Positions 29,632 to 39,805 of a stretch of 64,000 nt of DNA are shown here, piece by piece (position 1 is the stretch's first letter; every line of letters begins with the position of its first letter). A program made the translations under genes and the position numbers. The DNA lies in contig WQWV01000001.1 in assembly GCA_009785175.1 (NCBI GenBank), positions 60,963 through 124,962 of the forward strand. The letters are read 5' to 3'. Under the pieces are notes generated by a model. The model was given only the letters and a program-made list of their open reading frames with translations, made no database searches and had not been told where the DNA came from. Source of the DNA: Alphaproteobacteria bacterium (GTDB taxonomy: Bacteria; Pseudomonadota; Alphaproteobacteria; Rs-D84; CACZYB01).

Positions 29632-30744
29632 CTATAGTTTCGATTTGGCAAGCAGTCGGATATCCGCCGAAAGCGTTTCAGTCATTTCGCTAAGCTTGAA
29701 GTCGATCAGGCGTATGTGCTCCTTGGTCGCCGAATCCATACCGAATCCGGATTTGGTCATCTTCAGCATCTCGTCCATGGCCTTAATCATCTTCTCGGGC
29801 ACCATGGACATCTTGTCCATCTGTTTAAGGCGCGTTTGCATCTGCCCCGCAAGCTCGACTACCGCACTTCCCATTGCGCCCATCTTTGCGGCGGTTTCGG
29901 CCGAAGTTTCGTTCGCCTTGGCGATTACGCGCTGCAAAGCTCCTACCGCGTCCGCAGTCTGCTCGATCATGGCCTTAAGATAGGTAAGCGTTCCGGCGTT
30001 CACTCCGTCCTGCTGCGGAACCGACGCGCGGGCAAGCGACATGATGGAGTCTTCGGCCTGATTGCAAAAATCGCGCTTCATTACGTCAAGGAGGAATTGC
30101 AAAAATCCAACAGCCAACGACAAACCAAGACCGAAAAGCGAAGTCGAAAACGCGACCCTCATTCCGCCGATAGGCGCCAGAATTCCACGGCGCACGGCCT
30201 CAAGATCCGCTCCGCCCGAAACGGCTGTGCCGGCCGCGCCAACGGATACCAACAAACCCCAGAAGGTTCCAAGCAGGCCGATGAACACCAATATGCCCGC
30301 TATGTATTTCGATGTATATCCGAATCCGGAAACGCGCGCTCGCAACGCCGCCGCGACCTTCTCTGCCGCACCCATGTCCATATAACCGTGCCCGGCCTTT
30401 CCGCCCGATGCCAGCTGATGGAAAGCAAAACGCATCTCGCTCGGCACATGTATATTGCGCTCGCCGGACATATAGGCGTTCATAGCGAACGCTCCGCGAA
30501 TTACCTTGAATTGATTGACGAAGTTTGCGACCACACCGGCCACAAAAAGCCCGACGATAAGCGAGTTAAGCCCGGCGCTTGCACCGAACGCTTCGACGAC
30601 CGAGCCGCCGGAAATCAACGCCCCGACGATAATTGCTGCTACGAAGGCGCACGCGCCGAAAAAGCACGCTTTGATACGTATGAAATCTATCTTTGTAAGT
30701 TTCGACTGTTTGACCATGGAACACCTCTTGATTACTTTCGACAA
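29632..30744 (-). CDS. MotA/TolQ/ExbB-family proton channel with a ~140-aa Met/Lys-rich cytoplasmic C-terminal extension
   Basis: Four TM helices in 2+2 topology; GLLGTFWGL signature in TM3. The C-terminal tail is predicted coiled coil. Confidence 0.75.
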   Translation of the reverse strand: MSKVIKRCSMVKQSKLTKIDFIRIKACFFGACAFVAAIIVGALISGGSVVEAFGASAGLNSLIVGLFVAGVVANFVNQFKVIRGAFAMNAYMSGERNIHVPSEMRFAFHQLASGGKAGHGYMDMGAAEKVAAALRARVSGFGYTSKYIAGILVFIGLLGTFWGLLVSVGAAGTAVSGGADLEAVRRGILAPIGGMRVAFSTSLFGLGLSLAVGFLQFLLDVMKRDFCNQAEDSIMSLARASVPQQDGVNAGTLTYLKAMIEQTADAVGALQRVIAKANETSAETAAKMGAMGSAVVELAGQMQTRLKQMDKMSMVPEKMIKAMDEMLKMTKSGFGMDSATKEHIRLIDFKLSEMTETLSADIRLLAKSKL

Positions 30745-30793
30745 ACATTACCCGCGTTTTGTCCACTAGTCAAGGGAAAAATCAAGAAAAAGC

Positions 30794-32086
30794 CTACGCT
30801 CTGCCACCGCCGGATTTAACGGACGACAATCTCTTCAAAGGCAACGGAGCCGCCGAAACCGGCCGCACCATTCCCCCGCCAAGCTTGAAATACAGCGACT
30901 GTAGTATCTTGAAATGCTCAAGCACCTTACGCTTTGCCGGATCGGCATTATCAACAGTATACTTGCGGAAGGCTTTCACAGATTCCAATAATTCGCTACT
31001 CTCGACCTTGCCAATTTGATGGTTGACCCGCCGCTCGAGGCATTTGGCCAATACGGCATTAAGGACAAGATAGTCCCCTTCCGCCCGACCGGTCTTTATT
31101 TTCGCAAGCGCGGCCTGGAGGTTCTCCCAAGCGGTCTTTTTCTTGTCATAGCTTGCGGCGAATATGTCGCCGAACTTCTTGTTGAACCATGCCATCTTTT
31201 CTGTCGGATCGAGATACATGATATCGAACGCCACCCGCGCGCCCATCACTTCTTTAAGCATGAACCCGAACGTGGTTATGGCTTCGTTCGAGCTTTCGTT
31301 ATTGCATATGTTCAAATAGTTTCCGCTATCGAATCGCCGCCTAAGCTGGACGCCCGCCCCGGCCATGACAAGGGATTCGGATTCGTTGAATATCTCGTTC
31401 ATGTCTATATGGGCCTTGATCCCGCCGTTTGTTTTGCGAAAAGCCGCCTTGGCCAGCGGTGAGAAATGGGGCACGTACAATCCGACATTTATAAATCTCG
31501 AATTAAGGAATCTTCCCACTTTTTTTATATTCGAAGGGGAGTTTATGATACCCTTGTACTTGCCGCCGCCCATTTCCGAAACCCGCTTTGCCGCCTTAAA
31601 ATAGACTGAATCCGTTTCGTCCTCGATTTTCCTAAGGCTGAACCTCGATTGAATCCCGTGCTCGAACTCGTGCATTATCACTTTTTTCTTGGCGATGTCG
31701 CGCACAGGCTTCGTCGCGCGAGTCAAAAGCAGCGGCTGGCGCTTGAACTGATTGTCTATATTGTCAAGGTTCAAAAGGACGGTAAGCTCTTCCGGCACAT
31801 ACTGGCCCTTGGCGTCCGTCCCGTCTTCCCCGACCGCGCGGACATTGAAAAACAGGCGGTTCAAGAAGAAATCCTCAAGCGCGTATTTTCCGTTCACCGG
31901 CTTGATTATGTAATAGGCGAAATCGTCCTCCTTAACCGAAACATGGGTGATACCCTGACTCGAATAATGCCGGACAAGGTTTGCTATCAGCTCTTTAAGG
32001 ATCGAGTTATAGTCGACCTTGCCCTTCGGCGGCTTCACTATGTCGCAATACGCATCGATAAAATCCGAGATTTTCTTCTTGTCCAT
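30794..32086 (-). CDS. cytoplasmic HExxH (HEFEH) protein of unknown function, first gene of the MotAB-like cluster
   Basis: 430 aa, no TM segment; VIMHEFEHGIQ zincin-like motif. Confidence 0.5.
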   Translation of the reverse strand: MDKKKISDFIDAYCDIVKPPKGKVDYNSILKELIANLVRHYSSQGITHVSVKEDDFAYYIIKPVNGKYALEDFFLNRLFFNVRAVGEDGTDAKGQYVPEELTVLLNLDNIDNQFKRQPLLLTRATKPVRDIAKKKVIMHEFEHGIQSRFSLRKIEDETDSVYFKAAKRVSEMGGGKYKGIINSPSNIKKVGRFLNSRFINVGLYVPHFSPLAKAAFRKTNGGIKAHIDMNEIFNESESLVMAGAGVQLRRRFDSGNYLNICNNESSNEAITTFGFMLKEVMGARVAFDIMYLDPTEKMAWFNKKFGDIFAASYDKKKTAWENLQAALAKIKTGRAEGDYLVLNAVLAKCLERRVNHQIGKVESSELLESVKAFRKYTVDNADPAKRKVLEHFKILQSLYFKLGGGMVRPVSAAPLPLKRLSSVKSGGGRA

Positions 32087-32190
32087 TTCACAGATTCCTT
32101 TGCAGACATTATACCACGGAATTTTCTAAAAAACCACTTGCTTTAACTCTGGCAAGGATCTATGCTTTCCAGCATAAATAAGGATTTGAA

Positions 32191-33159
32191 ATGACACGTA
32201 TATTATCAGGGGTAAAGCCCACCGGCAGCCCCCACCTCGGCAACCTTTTCGGCATGATTCTGCCGGCGATAGAGCTCACAAACGCGAACCCCGGAGCGCT
32301 TCTTTTTATCCCGGATATTCACGCGCTTAATTCCGTAAAGGACGCAACCAAAATGCGCGAGCTTTCATACGAGGTCGCGGCCACGCTTATCGCCTGCGGT
32401 TTTGACGTATCGAAAAACATCACCTACCGCCAATCCGACATTCCCGAAATTTTTGAACTTTCCGCAATCCTTATGCCTTTCACGCCCAAGGGCCTGATGA
32501 ACCGTGCGCATGCCTATAAGGACAGGTTGGCCAAAGACGGCAACGACGATAACGTCGACATGGGGCTTTATACTTATCCCGTTTTGATGGCCGCAGATAT
32601 TCTTGCGTTCGACACGGACATAGTGCCCGTCGGTCTGGATCAGAAACAGCACATCGAAATCGCCCGCGACATAGCCGAGCGCGTGAACGCCGCCACCGGC
32701 AAACCTACGCTTAAATTGCCCAAGGAATCTATTAAGAAGGACGTCGGCACAATCCCCGGGCTTGATGGCCGCAAGATGAGCAAATCGTATGGAAACACTA
32801 TCGAGATTTATTCCACGCCCGAGGAAACGGCGAAAAAGCTTGCCAAGCTCGCCACCGATTCCCTAACCCCCGCCGACCCTAAACCTGACGACAGCGCGAT
32901 TTATAACCTCATGCGCCTGGCAAATGTGGACAAGCAATTCCAAATGCACTACCTCTCCGGCGGCATAGGCTACGGCGATGCTAAAAAAGAATTGGCCAAT
33001 GCACTGAACACCTACCTCTCCCCCATGCGCGAAAAATACAACGAACTTATAAACAATAAAGCCTACCTTGATAAGGTTTTATCCGAAGGCGCCACAAAGG
33101 CACGCGCTATCGCAACTCCTATCCTTGACCGCGTTAAGAAAGATTTAGGACTACTGTAA
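32191..33159 (+). CDS. trpS: tryptophan--tRNA ligase
   Basis: Class I HIGH-like (TGSPHLGN) and KMSKS motifs. Confidence 0.9.
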   Translation: MTRILSGVKPTGSPHLGNLFGMILPAIELTNANPGALLFIPDIHALNSVKDATKMRELSYEVAATLIACGFDVSKNITYRQSDIPEIFELSAILMPFTPKGLMNRAHAYKDRLAKDGNDDNVDMGLYTYPVLMAADILAFDTDIVPVGLDQKQHIEIARDIAERVNAATGKPTLKLPKESIKKDVGTIPGLDGRKMSKSYGNTIEIYSTPEETAKKLAKLATDSLTPADPKPDDSAIYNLMRLANVDKQFQMHYLSGGIGYGDAKKELANALNTYLSPMREKYNELINNKAYLDKVLSEGATKARAIATPILDRVKKDLGLL

Positions 33160-34817
33160 TGAATATCAATCCGTTCATATCAAAACTTGAAAAGCTCTTT
33201 AGGGGCGCGGTGGAAATTCCCGAAGGGATCGAAATCGTCCGCCCCTCCGACCGCCCGGACTTGTCCGATTTCCAAAGCAACATAGCGCTCGCTCTTGCCA
33301 AAATAGCAAAGGCGAATCCCCGCCAACTTGCCGAACAAATCATGGGCAAAATAGACGGCAATCCCGACTTCTCCTTCAAAATCGACGGTCCTGGGTTTAT
33401 AAACATCACCCTTTCCGAAAAGGAAATCGAGGCCGCCGCAACCCGCACCGTAAACACCCCCGAACTAGGCTTCACCAAAACCAAAAACCCGCTAAGCATC
33501 ATAGTCGATTACGGCGGCGCCAACATGGGCAAGACACTTCACGTCGGCCACCTGCGCCCGCACATACTTGGCGAGGCGACGAAACGCCTGGCCCGTTTCG
33601 TGGGACATAACGCCACCGGAGATGCGCACATCGGCGATTGGGGTCGGCCTATGGGCTTGCTTATCACGGCCATACGCGAAGAGGGCATCGACCCGGACGC
33701 CCTCACCATCGAAGACTTGAACCGCCTATACCCGGCCTCAAGCGCAAGGTATAAAGAGGACGCGGAATTCGCCGCCCGCACCAACGCCGCGATCATGGAA
33801 CTTCAAAACGAAGAACCGGACGCCGTCAAAATCCATTCCAAAATCGTCGAAACCTCGTCTAACGATGTAAAGAAAGTAATAGCGCCGCTTAACATCACAC
33901 TTGAAACCTGGTGGGGCGAATGGTGGACGATTCCTAATATCAAAATGTTGCTGGCTAAATGGATTGCAAACGGCACGGTCAAGGAATCCGATGGCGCATG
34001 GATAATCGAAACAGACACAGAAGTCCCCTTCCGCGCCACGAATTCCCACGGCCTGTTTCTATACGAGATGACGGACGTAGGGACGATTTACAACCGCGTC
34101 GAACGCTTCAAGCCCGATCTTATCCTCTATCACGCCGACATTCGGCAGAGGCTAAGTTTTGATAAAGTATTCGAGGTGGTTCGTAAAACCGGCATAGCGC
34201 CCGCGACCCTGGGCCTCGAACTCCTTGGCCACGGCATGATGCAGGGCAAGGACGGCCGCCCGTTCAAGACGCGTTCCGGCGACAACTACGCGCTTGGCGA
34301 TTTCATACGGGACGCTATCAAAATCTCAGCCGAGAATGCCAAATCGCCCGAGGACGCGGTGGCGATAGCGGTGGCCGCCATCAAGTTCGCCGACTTCATA
34401 AATCCGCGCGAAAGCGATTACATCTTCGACACGGAAAAGTTCCTTAAATTCGAAGGCAAGACCGGGCCCTATATCCTCTACACCGCAGTGCGTATCAAAT
34501 CGATATTGGAAAAAAGCCCCGCGCCCGCAAACGCCGCGATAAAGCTTAGCAACAAATACGACCGCGCGTTGGCGATCAAGCTATGCGACTTCGCGTCGAC
34601 CGTGCAAAAGGCATTCGACCAGCGCGCGACAAACCTTCTGGCCACATACATATTCGAGCTAGCCAGCGCGTTTTCCGCATTTTACCATGAATGTCATATC
34701 AGCAGCGAAGAAAATCAGGAACTAAAAAACTCCTGGCTCGCACTATCCGCCGCAACGCTGCGCGCAATCGAAATCTTCGCAAACATAATAGCAATCGACA
34801 TACCCAAGGAGATGTAA
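33159..34817 (+). CDS. argS: arginine--tRNA ligase
   Basis: 552 aa; HVGH motif; DALR anticodon-binding C-terminus. Confidence 0.9.
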   Translation: MNINPFISKLEKLFRGAVEIPEGIEIVRPSDRPDLSDFQSNIALALAKIAKANPRQLAEQIMGKIDGNPDFSFKIDGPGFINITLSEKEIEAAATRTVNTPELGFTKTKNPLSIIVDYGGANMGKTLHVGHLRPHILGEATKRLARFVGHNATGDAHIGDWGRPMGLLITAIREEGIDPDALTIEDLNRLYPASSARYKEDAEFAARTNAAIMELQNEEPDAVKIHSKIVETSSNDVKKVIAPLNITLETWWGEWWTIPNIKMLLAKWIANGTVKESDGAWIIETDTEVPFRATNSHGLFLYEMTDVGTIYNRVERFKPDLILYHADIRQRLSFDKVFEVVRKTGIAPATLGLELLGHGMMQGKDGRPFKTRSGDNYALGDFIRDAIKISAENAKSPEDAVAIAVAAIKFADFINPRESDYIFDTEKFLKFEGKTGPYILYTAVRIKSILEKSPAPANAAIKLSNKYDRALAIKLCDFASTVQKAFDQRATNLLATYIFELASAFSAFYHECHISSEENQELKNSWLALSAATLRAIEIFANIIAIDIPKEM

Positions 34818-35428
34818 TGACCACCCTACAAATAGCCCTTTTAATAACTTACTTCATCTGCGCCATTCCATTCGGTTTTATCCTAAGCCGCGTGTTTTTG
34901 AAAATGGATTTAAGGAAGATGGGCTCGGGCGGCACGGGCGCGACCAACGCGCTTCGCACAGGCAATAAAACGGTCGCAGCCGCAACGCTCGCACTTGATG
35001 CGCTAAAGCCTATTTTCAGCTTCGGCCTTGGCATAACGCTTTTCCCGGAATTGGCGGAAAGCTTTGCGTTCAAATCTTGGCTTGCTATCGTTGCTGTATT
35101 CGCGCACTGCTACCCGGTCTACCTCGGGTTCAAAGGCGGCAAGGGCGCGGCCACGGCCTGGGGCACCATGTATCTTTTCTCGACCTTTTTTGCGCTTGCG
35201 GTCATAGGCACATGGCTTGCCATATTGACGGCGTTCAAGAAGTCGTCGCTTGCCGCGATGTCGACGCTCCCGCTTGCCATTATCTATGCCTACCTTTTCA
35301 GTGGCGCGGCGGTCATGTATACATACCTTATGGTCGCGTTAATAGTTGTAATCCGGCACAAGGATAACATTCGCCGCCTTCTCGCCGGCACAGAGGATAA
35401 AGTAAAATTAAAAGCCAAGAAAAAATAG
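34818..35428 (+). CDS. plsY: glycerol-3-phosphate acyltransferase PlsY
   Basis: GSGGTGATNALR motif; start MTTLQ 1 nt after the argS stop. Confidence 0.9.
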
Positions 35429-35430
35429 CT

Positions 35431-36498
35431 GCCGTAGCTCTTGCCCGTTCCGACAAGATCGGCGCGATCACCTACAACAAACTCCTGGCCGAATTCAAAA
35501 CTGCCGAGGCAGCCTATAATTACCTTGAAACCACCAAAAAGAGCCGGCTTTTTAGCCTAAAGGACGCAGAGCGTGAATTGGACCAAGCTGAAAAACTGGA
35601 CATGAAAGCCCTCTTCGCCGGCACGCCTGAATATCCCAAATTGCTAAGCCAGCTTCCCGACCGGCCACCGGTTATTTACGCCATCGGAAACTTGGAAACT
35701 CTTAATAAGAAAACCATAGCGATAGTTGGATCCCGACACGCTTCCACCAATTCGAAAACTTTCGCATCCAATCTAAGCCGCGAATTGGCGATCCAGGATT
35801 ACGCAGTAGTGTCCGGCATGGCGATCGGTATCGACACGGCAGTGCACCAAGGCACCATAGCTTCCGGTAAACTCGCATGCACGATCGCGGTATTGGGCTG
35901 CGGCGCGGACGTGATTTATCCGGCATCGAATAGGGATCTCTACAAAGTAATCGCTCAAAACCATTTGGTAATATCCGAAATGCCGCCGGGAACGAAACCG
36001 TCCATCTCGCTTTTTCCGCGCAGGAATCGTTTGATTTCCGGCCTAAGCCAGGGCGTTGTGATTGCCGAGGCATCGATCAAATCCGGCTCCCTGATCACCG
36101 CACGTTTTGCACTTGATCAAAACCGCGAAGTGTTTGCGGTTCCGGGATCTCCGGTTGATCCACGCTCTGGCGGCACGAACTACCTTATCAAAAACGGAGC
36201 GTGCCTGATCGAGTCCTCGACCGACATAATTACTGAACTTGAATCCCAAAACTTCCGCACCTCGAAACCCAAAAAGTTCGAATTGAACGAGGAAGCTATC
36301 ACATTCGAGCCGACGGATATAATTGATATCAAGGATCGTATCCTCTCCCTTCTGGGCCCGGGCGAAACATCGGCCAACGTGCTTTTGCGCGACCTCTCAG
36401 ATACACCGCGCGCTCTGGTAAGCAACGCCCTATTGGAACTCGAGCTTGACGATAAGATCGAATACTCCATAAACGGTAATATAACGGCAAAATTATAG
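35431..36498 (+). CDS. dprA: DNA processing protein DprA (start codon unclear)
   Basis: Rossmann-like DprA core (IVGSRHAS...GIDTAVHQG...FAVPG). The N-terminal helical domain is encoded in frame from 35431, immediately after the plsY stop, with no canonical start codon before the TTG at 35578. Confidence 0.75.
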   Translation, partial: AVALARSDKIGAITYNKLLAEFKTAEAAYNYLETTKKSRLFSLKDAERELDQAEKLDMKALFAGTPEYPKLLSQLPDRPPVIYAIGNLETLNKKTIAIVGSRHASTNSKTFASNLSRELAIQDYAVVSGMAIGIDTAVHQGTIASGKLACTIAVLGCGADVIYPASNRDLYKVIAQNHLVISEMPPGTKPSISLFPRRNRLISGLSQGVVIAEASIKSGSLITARFALDQNREVFAVPGSPVDPRSGGTNYLIKNGACLIESSTDIITELESQNFRTSKPKKFELNEEAITFEPTDIIDIKDRILSLLGPGETSANVLLRDLSDTPRALVSNALLELELDDKIEYSINGNITAKL

Positions 36499-36507
36499 GA
36501 GGCGCAG

Positions 36508-37329
36508 ATGCTTGAAAAAATTTTAGAATTCATGAAATCCGCCGGCGAGATCGCGATGAATAATTATGGTCGCACGGATAACTCGGAATTCAAGTCCGAA
36601 GAAGCGCACGATTTGATAACAATCACCGACCGTGCGATCTCCGACCTTTTTCAAAAATTCATAGCCGATAACTTCTCCGATCTCGACTATTGCATAGTCG
36701 ACGAAGAAAGCATGGACAAACTGACCGTGGGGGGGGGTAGTCCGTTCGATGAAATCGCGAAACACGAATGGGCGTTCGTCCTTGACCCGATAGACGGCAC
36801 AGTCGGTTATGCGCTTGAAATCCCCATGTTCGGAATTTCTCTTGGCGTGCTTAAAAACGGCAAGCCCTATTGCGGAGCCATATACGCCCCGGCGCTTGGC
36901 GAGCTTGTCTATTGCGATACCGAACAGGCGTTCTGGATTAAAAACAATACCAAAATCGAACTTAAACCCTCAGAGCTGGGCAAACTTCCCATAATATTCA
37001 GCCTTGGCCGATATGTGCGCCAAAGCGACAATTACGAACCCCGATATCTTCAAGCCGGTTATAACAGCATGACCACGCACTTTCTTTACATGGCGACCGG
37101 CCGCGGTCGGTGCAACTATTTCAAGTGGCATATATGGGACATGGGCGGCGCCTGGGCGATAATGAAATTCCTCGGATTCGAGTTCATGGATTTCAAGACC
37201 GGCAAAATCTTGGAAAATCTTTCAGCCGACAAATTCAATGACAAATTGAAAATCAAGAATGTGCATATCGTCTGCAAACCCGCCGATTTCGAATTTTTCA
37301 AAGGCATAGCCGAGGAAACGGGAATATAA
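36508..37329 (+). CDS. inositol monophosphatase (SuhB/CysQ) family protein
   Basis: DPIDGT motif. An in-frame G9 tract at 36729-36737 encodes VGGGS. Confidence 0.75.
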   Translation: MLEKILEFMKSAGEIAMNNYGRTDNSEFKSEEAHDLITITDRAISDLFQKFIADNFSDLDYCIVDEESMDKLTVGGGSPFDEIAKHEWAFVLDPIDGTVGYALEIPMFGISLGVLKNGKPYCGAIYAPALGELVYCDTEQAFWIKNNTKIELKPSELGKLPIIFSLGRYVRQSDNYEPRYLQAGYNSMTTHFLYMATGRGRCNYFKWHIWDMGGAWAIMKFLGFEFMDFKTGKILENLSADKFNDKLKIKNVHIVCKPADFEFFKGIAEETGI

Positions 37330-37330
37330 A

Positions 37331-37792
37331 ATGACCATAGAAATAGTCCGCGCGACGCTTGACGATTTGCCGGCGATACAGGCGTTAAGCAACGATATTT
37401 TCGAAATCGAGCTGACCATTTGCCCCGAGTTAATCCGCGATTGGCCGTATTCCCCGAACGGAGAAAGGTATTTTAGGGATTGGATTGAAAACCACTTCTT
37501 TCTTGTGGCAAAGGACAACGGAAAAACCATCGGATACCTAAGCGCCAAATTTGACATGGGCCTAATCCATATCAACGGCACGTGCGCCGAAATCGAAAAC
37601 GTTTCCGTTAGGGAATCCTATCGTAATCAAGGCATAGGCCGCCGGCTTTTCGAGGCATTCAAAACCGAATGCAGGAAACACGACATATCCTCGATAAAAA
37701 TCAAGTTCCTGACCGAAAACGAACAGGCCGCCAAAGCCTATGAAGCTTGGGGATTAAAACCCTGGGCCACCGTTTTCAATTTCGATTTGTAA
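37331..37792 (+). CDS. GNAT family N-acetyltransferase
   Basis: Acetyl-CoA motif RNQGIGRRLF. Confidence 0.7.
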   Translation: MTIEIVRATLDDLPAIQALSNDIFEIELTICPELIRDWPYSPNGERYFRDWIENHFFLVAKDNGKTIGYLSAKFDMGLIHINGTCAEIENVSVRESYRNQGIGRRLFEAFKTECRKHDISSIKIKFLTENEQAAKAYEAWGLKPWATVFNFDL

Positions 37793-37794
37793 AT

Positions 37795-37900
37795 ATTAAA
37801 CTCGTCATACCGGCCACCGCATGTCCGCCGAAGCCTCGCGCGAAGGTGGAAGCCGGAATCCAGTAAGTATGGATTCCGGGTCAAGCCCGGAATGACTAGG
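37795..37900. repeat. composite palindromic repeat: unit A (GTCATACCGGCC...GCCGGAATCCAGTAAG) plus inverted unit B (GGATTCCGGGTCAAGCCCGGAATGAC)
   Basis: Same A+B arrangement as 61255-61335. Confidence 0.7.
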
Positions 37901-38390
37901 AAAGAACCTGCTCAAGGTATTCGCCAGGCCCCACGAAAATCACCTCTTTACCGACCGAAGCGGCATATTTCAAGACAGCCTCATACCGCTCGCCGACACA
38001 ATCCCGTATATACTCCGCATCGTCTCCGCGGCCATTATAGTCGGCCTCAAGCTGGGCAAGGCGTTCGCGGGAAGGCATGATGAAGGCATAGTCCTCTATA
38101 CCCAAAACCCGGATCAAATCGTATGTTTCCTGTTTTGGAACGGACACAAGCGTCTTGCCGGCCCCCAACTCCCCTCGACAATATGTATATAGGTTTTCTG
38201 GATACTCGGGGTTAATCGCCACCACTTTTTGACCGCGATAATTCGGATACTCGGATTTGCCTATATAAGGAGCAAGGCTTGCGTCCCGGAAAATCTTGCC
38301 CTCGATGTCGGCGATATCCGTCCGCTTTTTCGAAAGCGTCGTTTTGCCAAGACCTGGATAAACGATATATGCCTGCTTCAGTTTCAACAC
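37896..38390 (-). CDS. P-loop NTPase-like hypothetical protein
   Basis: Walker-A-like PGLGKTTL near the N-terminus; 164 aa. Confidence 0.4.
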   Translation of the reverse strand: MLKLKQAYIVYPGLGKTTLSKKRTDIADIEGKIFRDASLAPYIGKSEYPNYRGQKVVAINPEYPENLYTYCRGELGAGKTLVSVPKQETYDLIRVLGIEDYAFIMPSRERLAQLEADYNGRGDDAEYIRDCVGERYEAVLKYAASVGKEVIFVGPGEYLEQVLS

Positions 38391-38977
38391 TATCTCTGCC
38401 CCGCAGCAGCCTTCACAAAATCGTCGAATATTTTCTGTTGCGCAAGGATTTTAGCGGCAAGCAGCTGCGGCCGCCATTGCACGCCAAGCACAAAACTGTT
38501 CCACGGCTTTTTGGGCTCGATAGCCTCGATCGCCCCGTCCCCTGCATGCGCCGTTGCAAAGAAATCCCCGCCTGCGCCGATATCCACGGCCTTTTCGTGC
38601 AAAGAATTTACACTGCCGATCCCGGAAACGATCGTTCCCGGAACAAGATTTACTCTGTGATGGCCTGCGCCATGCCCGGACACGTCGACGATTTTTCCGC
38701 CAAGGTATCGGGCAAGCGCCTGCATTCCGAAACATATAGCCAGAAGGCTGACTTCGTTTTTCTCGGTCCATTCTATCGCACTAATATAGTCCTCGGCCTT
38801 CGCGCCGACTTCTGCGCCCGGAAGCAGGACTCCGTGCGGACGTATGCAGGTTTCCGACAACGCCATGTCCCGACCTACATAAAGCAAGGCCCCTCCGGCA
38901 TTGCTGATCGCATCGGCATAGATTTCCATATTCCCCACGGCATAGGGTAGCGCTATTATAGGTTTATCAGTTTTCAT
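38390..38977 (-). CDS. class I glutamine amidotransferase-like / gamma-glutamyl hydrolase (peptidase C26) family protein
   Basis: ICFGMQ catalytic-Cys context, then a His region. Start taken at MKTDKPII. Confidence 0.55.
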   Translation of the reverse strand: MKTDKPIIALPYAVGNMEIYADAISNAGGALLYVGRDMALSETCIRPHGVLLPGAEVGAKAEDYISAIEWTEKNEVSLLAICFGMQALARYLGGKIVDVSGHGAGHHRVNLVPGTIVSGIGSVNSLHEKAVDIGAGGDFFATAHAGDGAIEAIEPKKPWNSFVLGVQWRPQLLAAKILAQQKIFDDFVKAAAGQR

Positions 38978-39130
38978 GAATTGGATTTTAGATCTCCCGC
39001 CCGCAAGAATCAATAAAAAAATTAACTCGCGAAAAAGTTGAATCCCGCGGTTTGCAAAGCTCTGCGGGATTTAACTTTGTTTGACGTGATTTCTATATCT
39101 GCAATATTTCTTTTTTCAGGGTATATCTAT

Positions 39131-39805
39131 TTATACTTTTCTTATTAACACGTGATAGTGGTAAAGTTGTGCTTTATTACCATATTCCAAATAACCTTCG
39201 CCAATATGTTCAATCAGTTCTATTTTGAACTTAGCAAATATTTCCTTAATAGCACCATAATCAGCATAAAAATGAGGAACTTTGTATTCATGCCCTTCTA
39301 TCATACATAGGTTCGTATTTGCATCAACCAGCGGCCAGTCTTGATGAAACATCCATGAGCTTTTGGAGCCTAGCGTCAAATAACATTCTCCACCGGGGCG
39401 CAATACACGCCGCAACTCTCCTGCAATTTTGTGCATGCCGTTTGTGTCAGTATGAGAAATAGCATTGCGGGAATAGATGCAGTCAAACGAGCCGTCAGTA
39501 TAGGATAAGTTCAACATATCACCGACTGCAAAATCCACGGATAATTTCTCTTCGGCGGACCATTTTTTCGCAGTATCAACACAGCTTTCATCAATGTCGA
39601 AAGCTGTGGTTTCAAATCCGTTTTTTGCAAACAGTATAGTATGGCGTCCAAGCCCGCACCCCAAATCTAAGAACTTATTTCTTCCTTGACCTTTCCAGCG
39701 GTTCACAAGGTAAAATGATTCTATAGCCGGATTTTTCCAGCGGTCGACTTGGTCTTCGGGTAAAATATCCCAATTCCAACCTTTTGATTGAATAATATCG
39801 GTCAT
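39131..39805 (-). CDS. class I SAM-dependent methyltransferase within an AT-rich island
   Basis: Motif I LDLGCGLGR. Local GC is about 38-40%, against ~57% in the flanks. Confidence 0.75.
   Translation of the reverse strand: MTDIIQSKGWNWDILPEDQVDRWKNPAIESFYLVNRWKGQGRNKFLDLGCGLGRHTILFAKNGFETTAFDIDESCVDTAKKWSAEEKLSVDFAVGDMLNLSYTDGSFDCIYSRNAISHTDTNGMHKIAGELRRVLRPGGECYLTLGSKSSWMFHQDWPLVDANTNLCMIEGHEYKVPHFYADYGAIKEIFAKFKIELIEHIGEGYLEYGNKAQLYHYHVLIRKV

Noticed and set aside
37896-38390. Calling the P-loop protein a specific kinase (gluconokinase/adenylate kinase-like)
   Set aside because: Only a Walker-A-like GLGKTTL is visible. That is not enough to assign a family.
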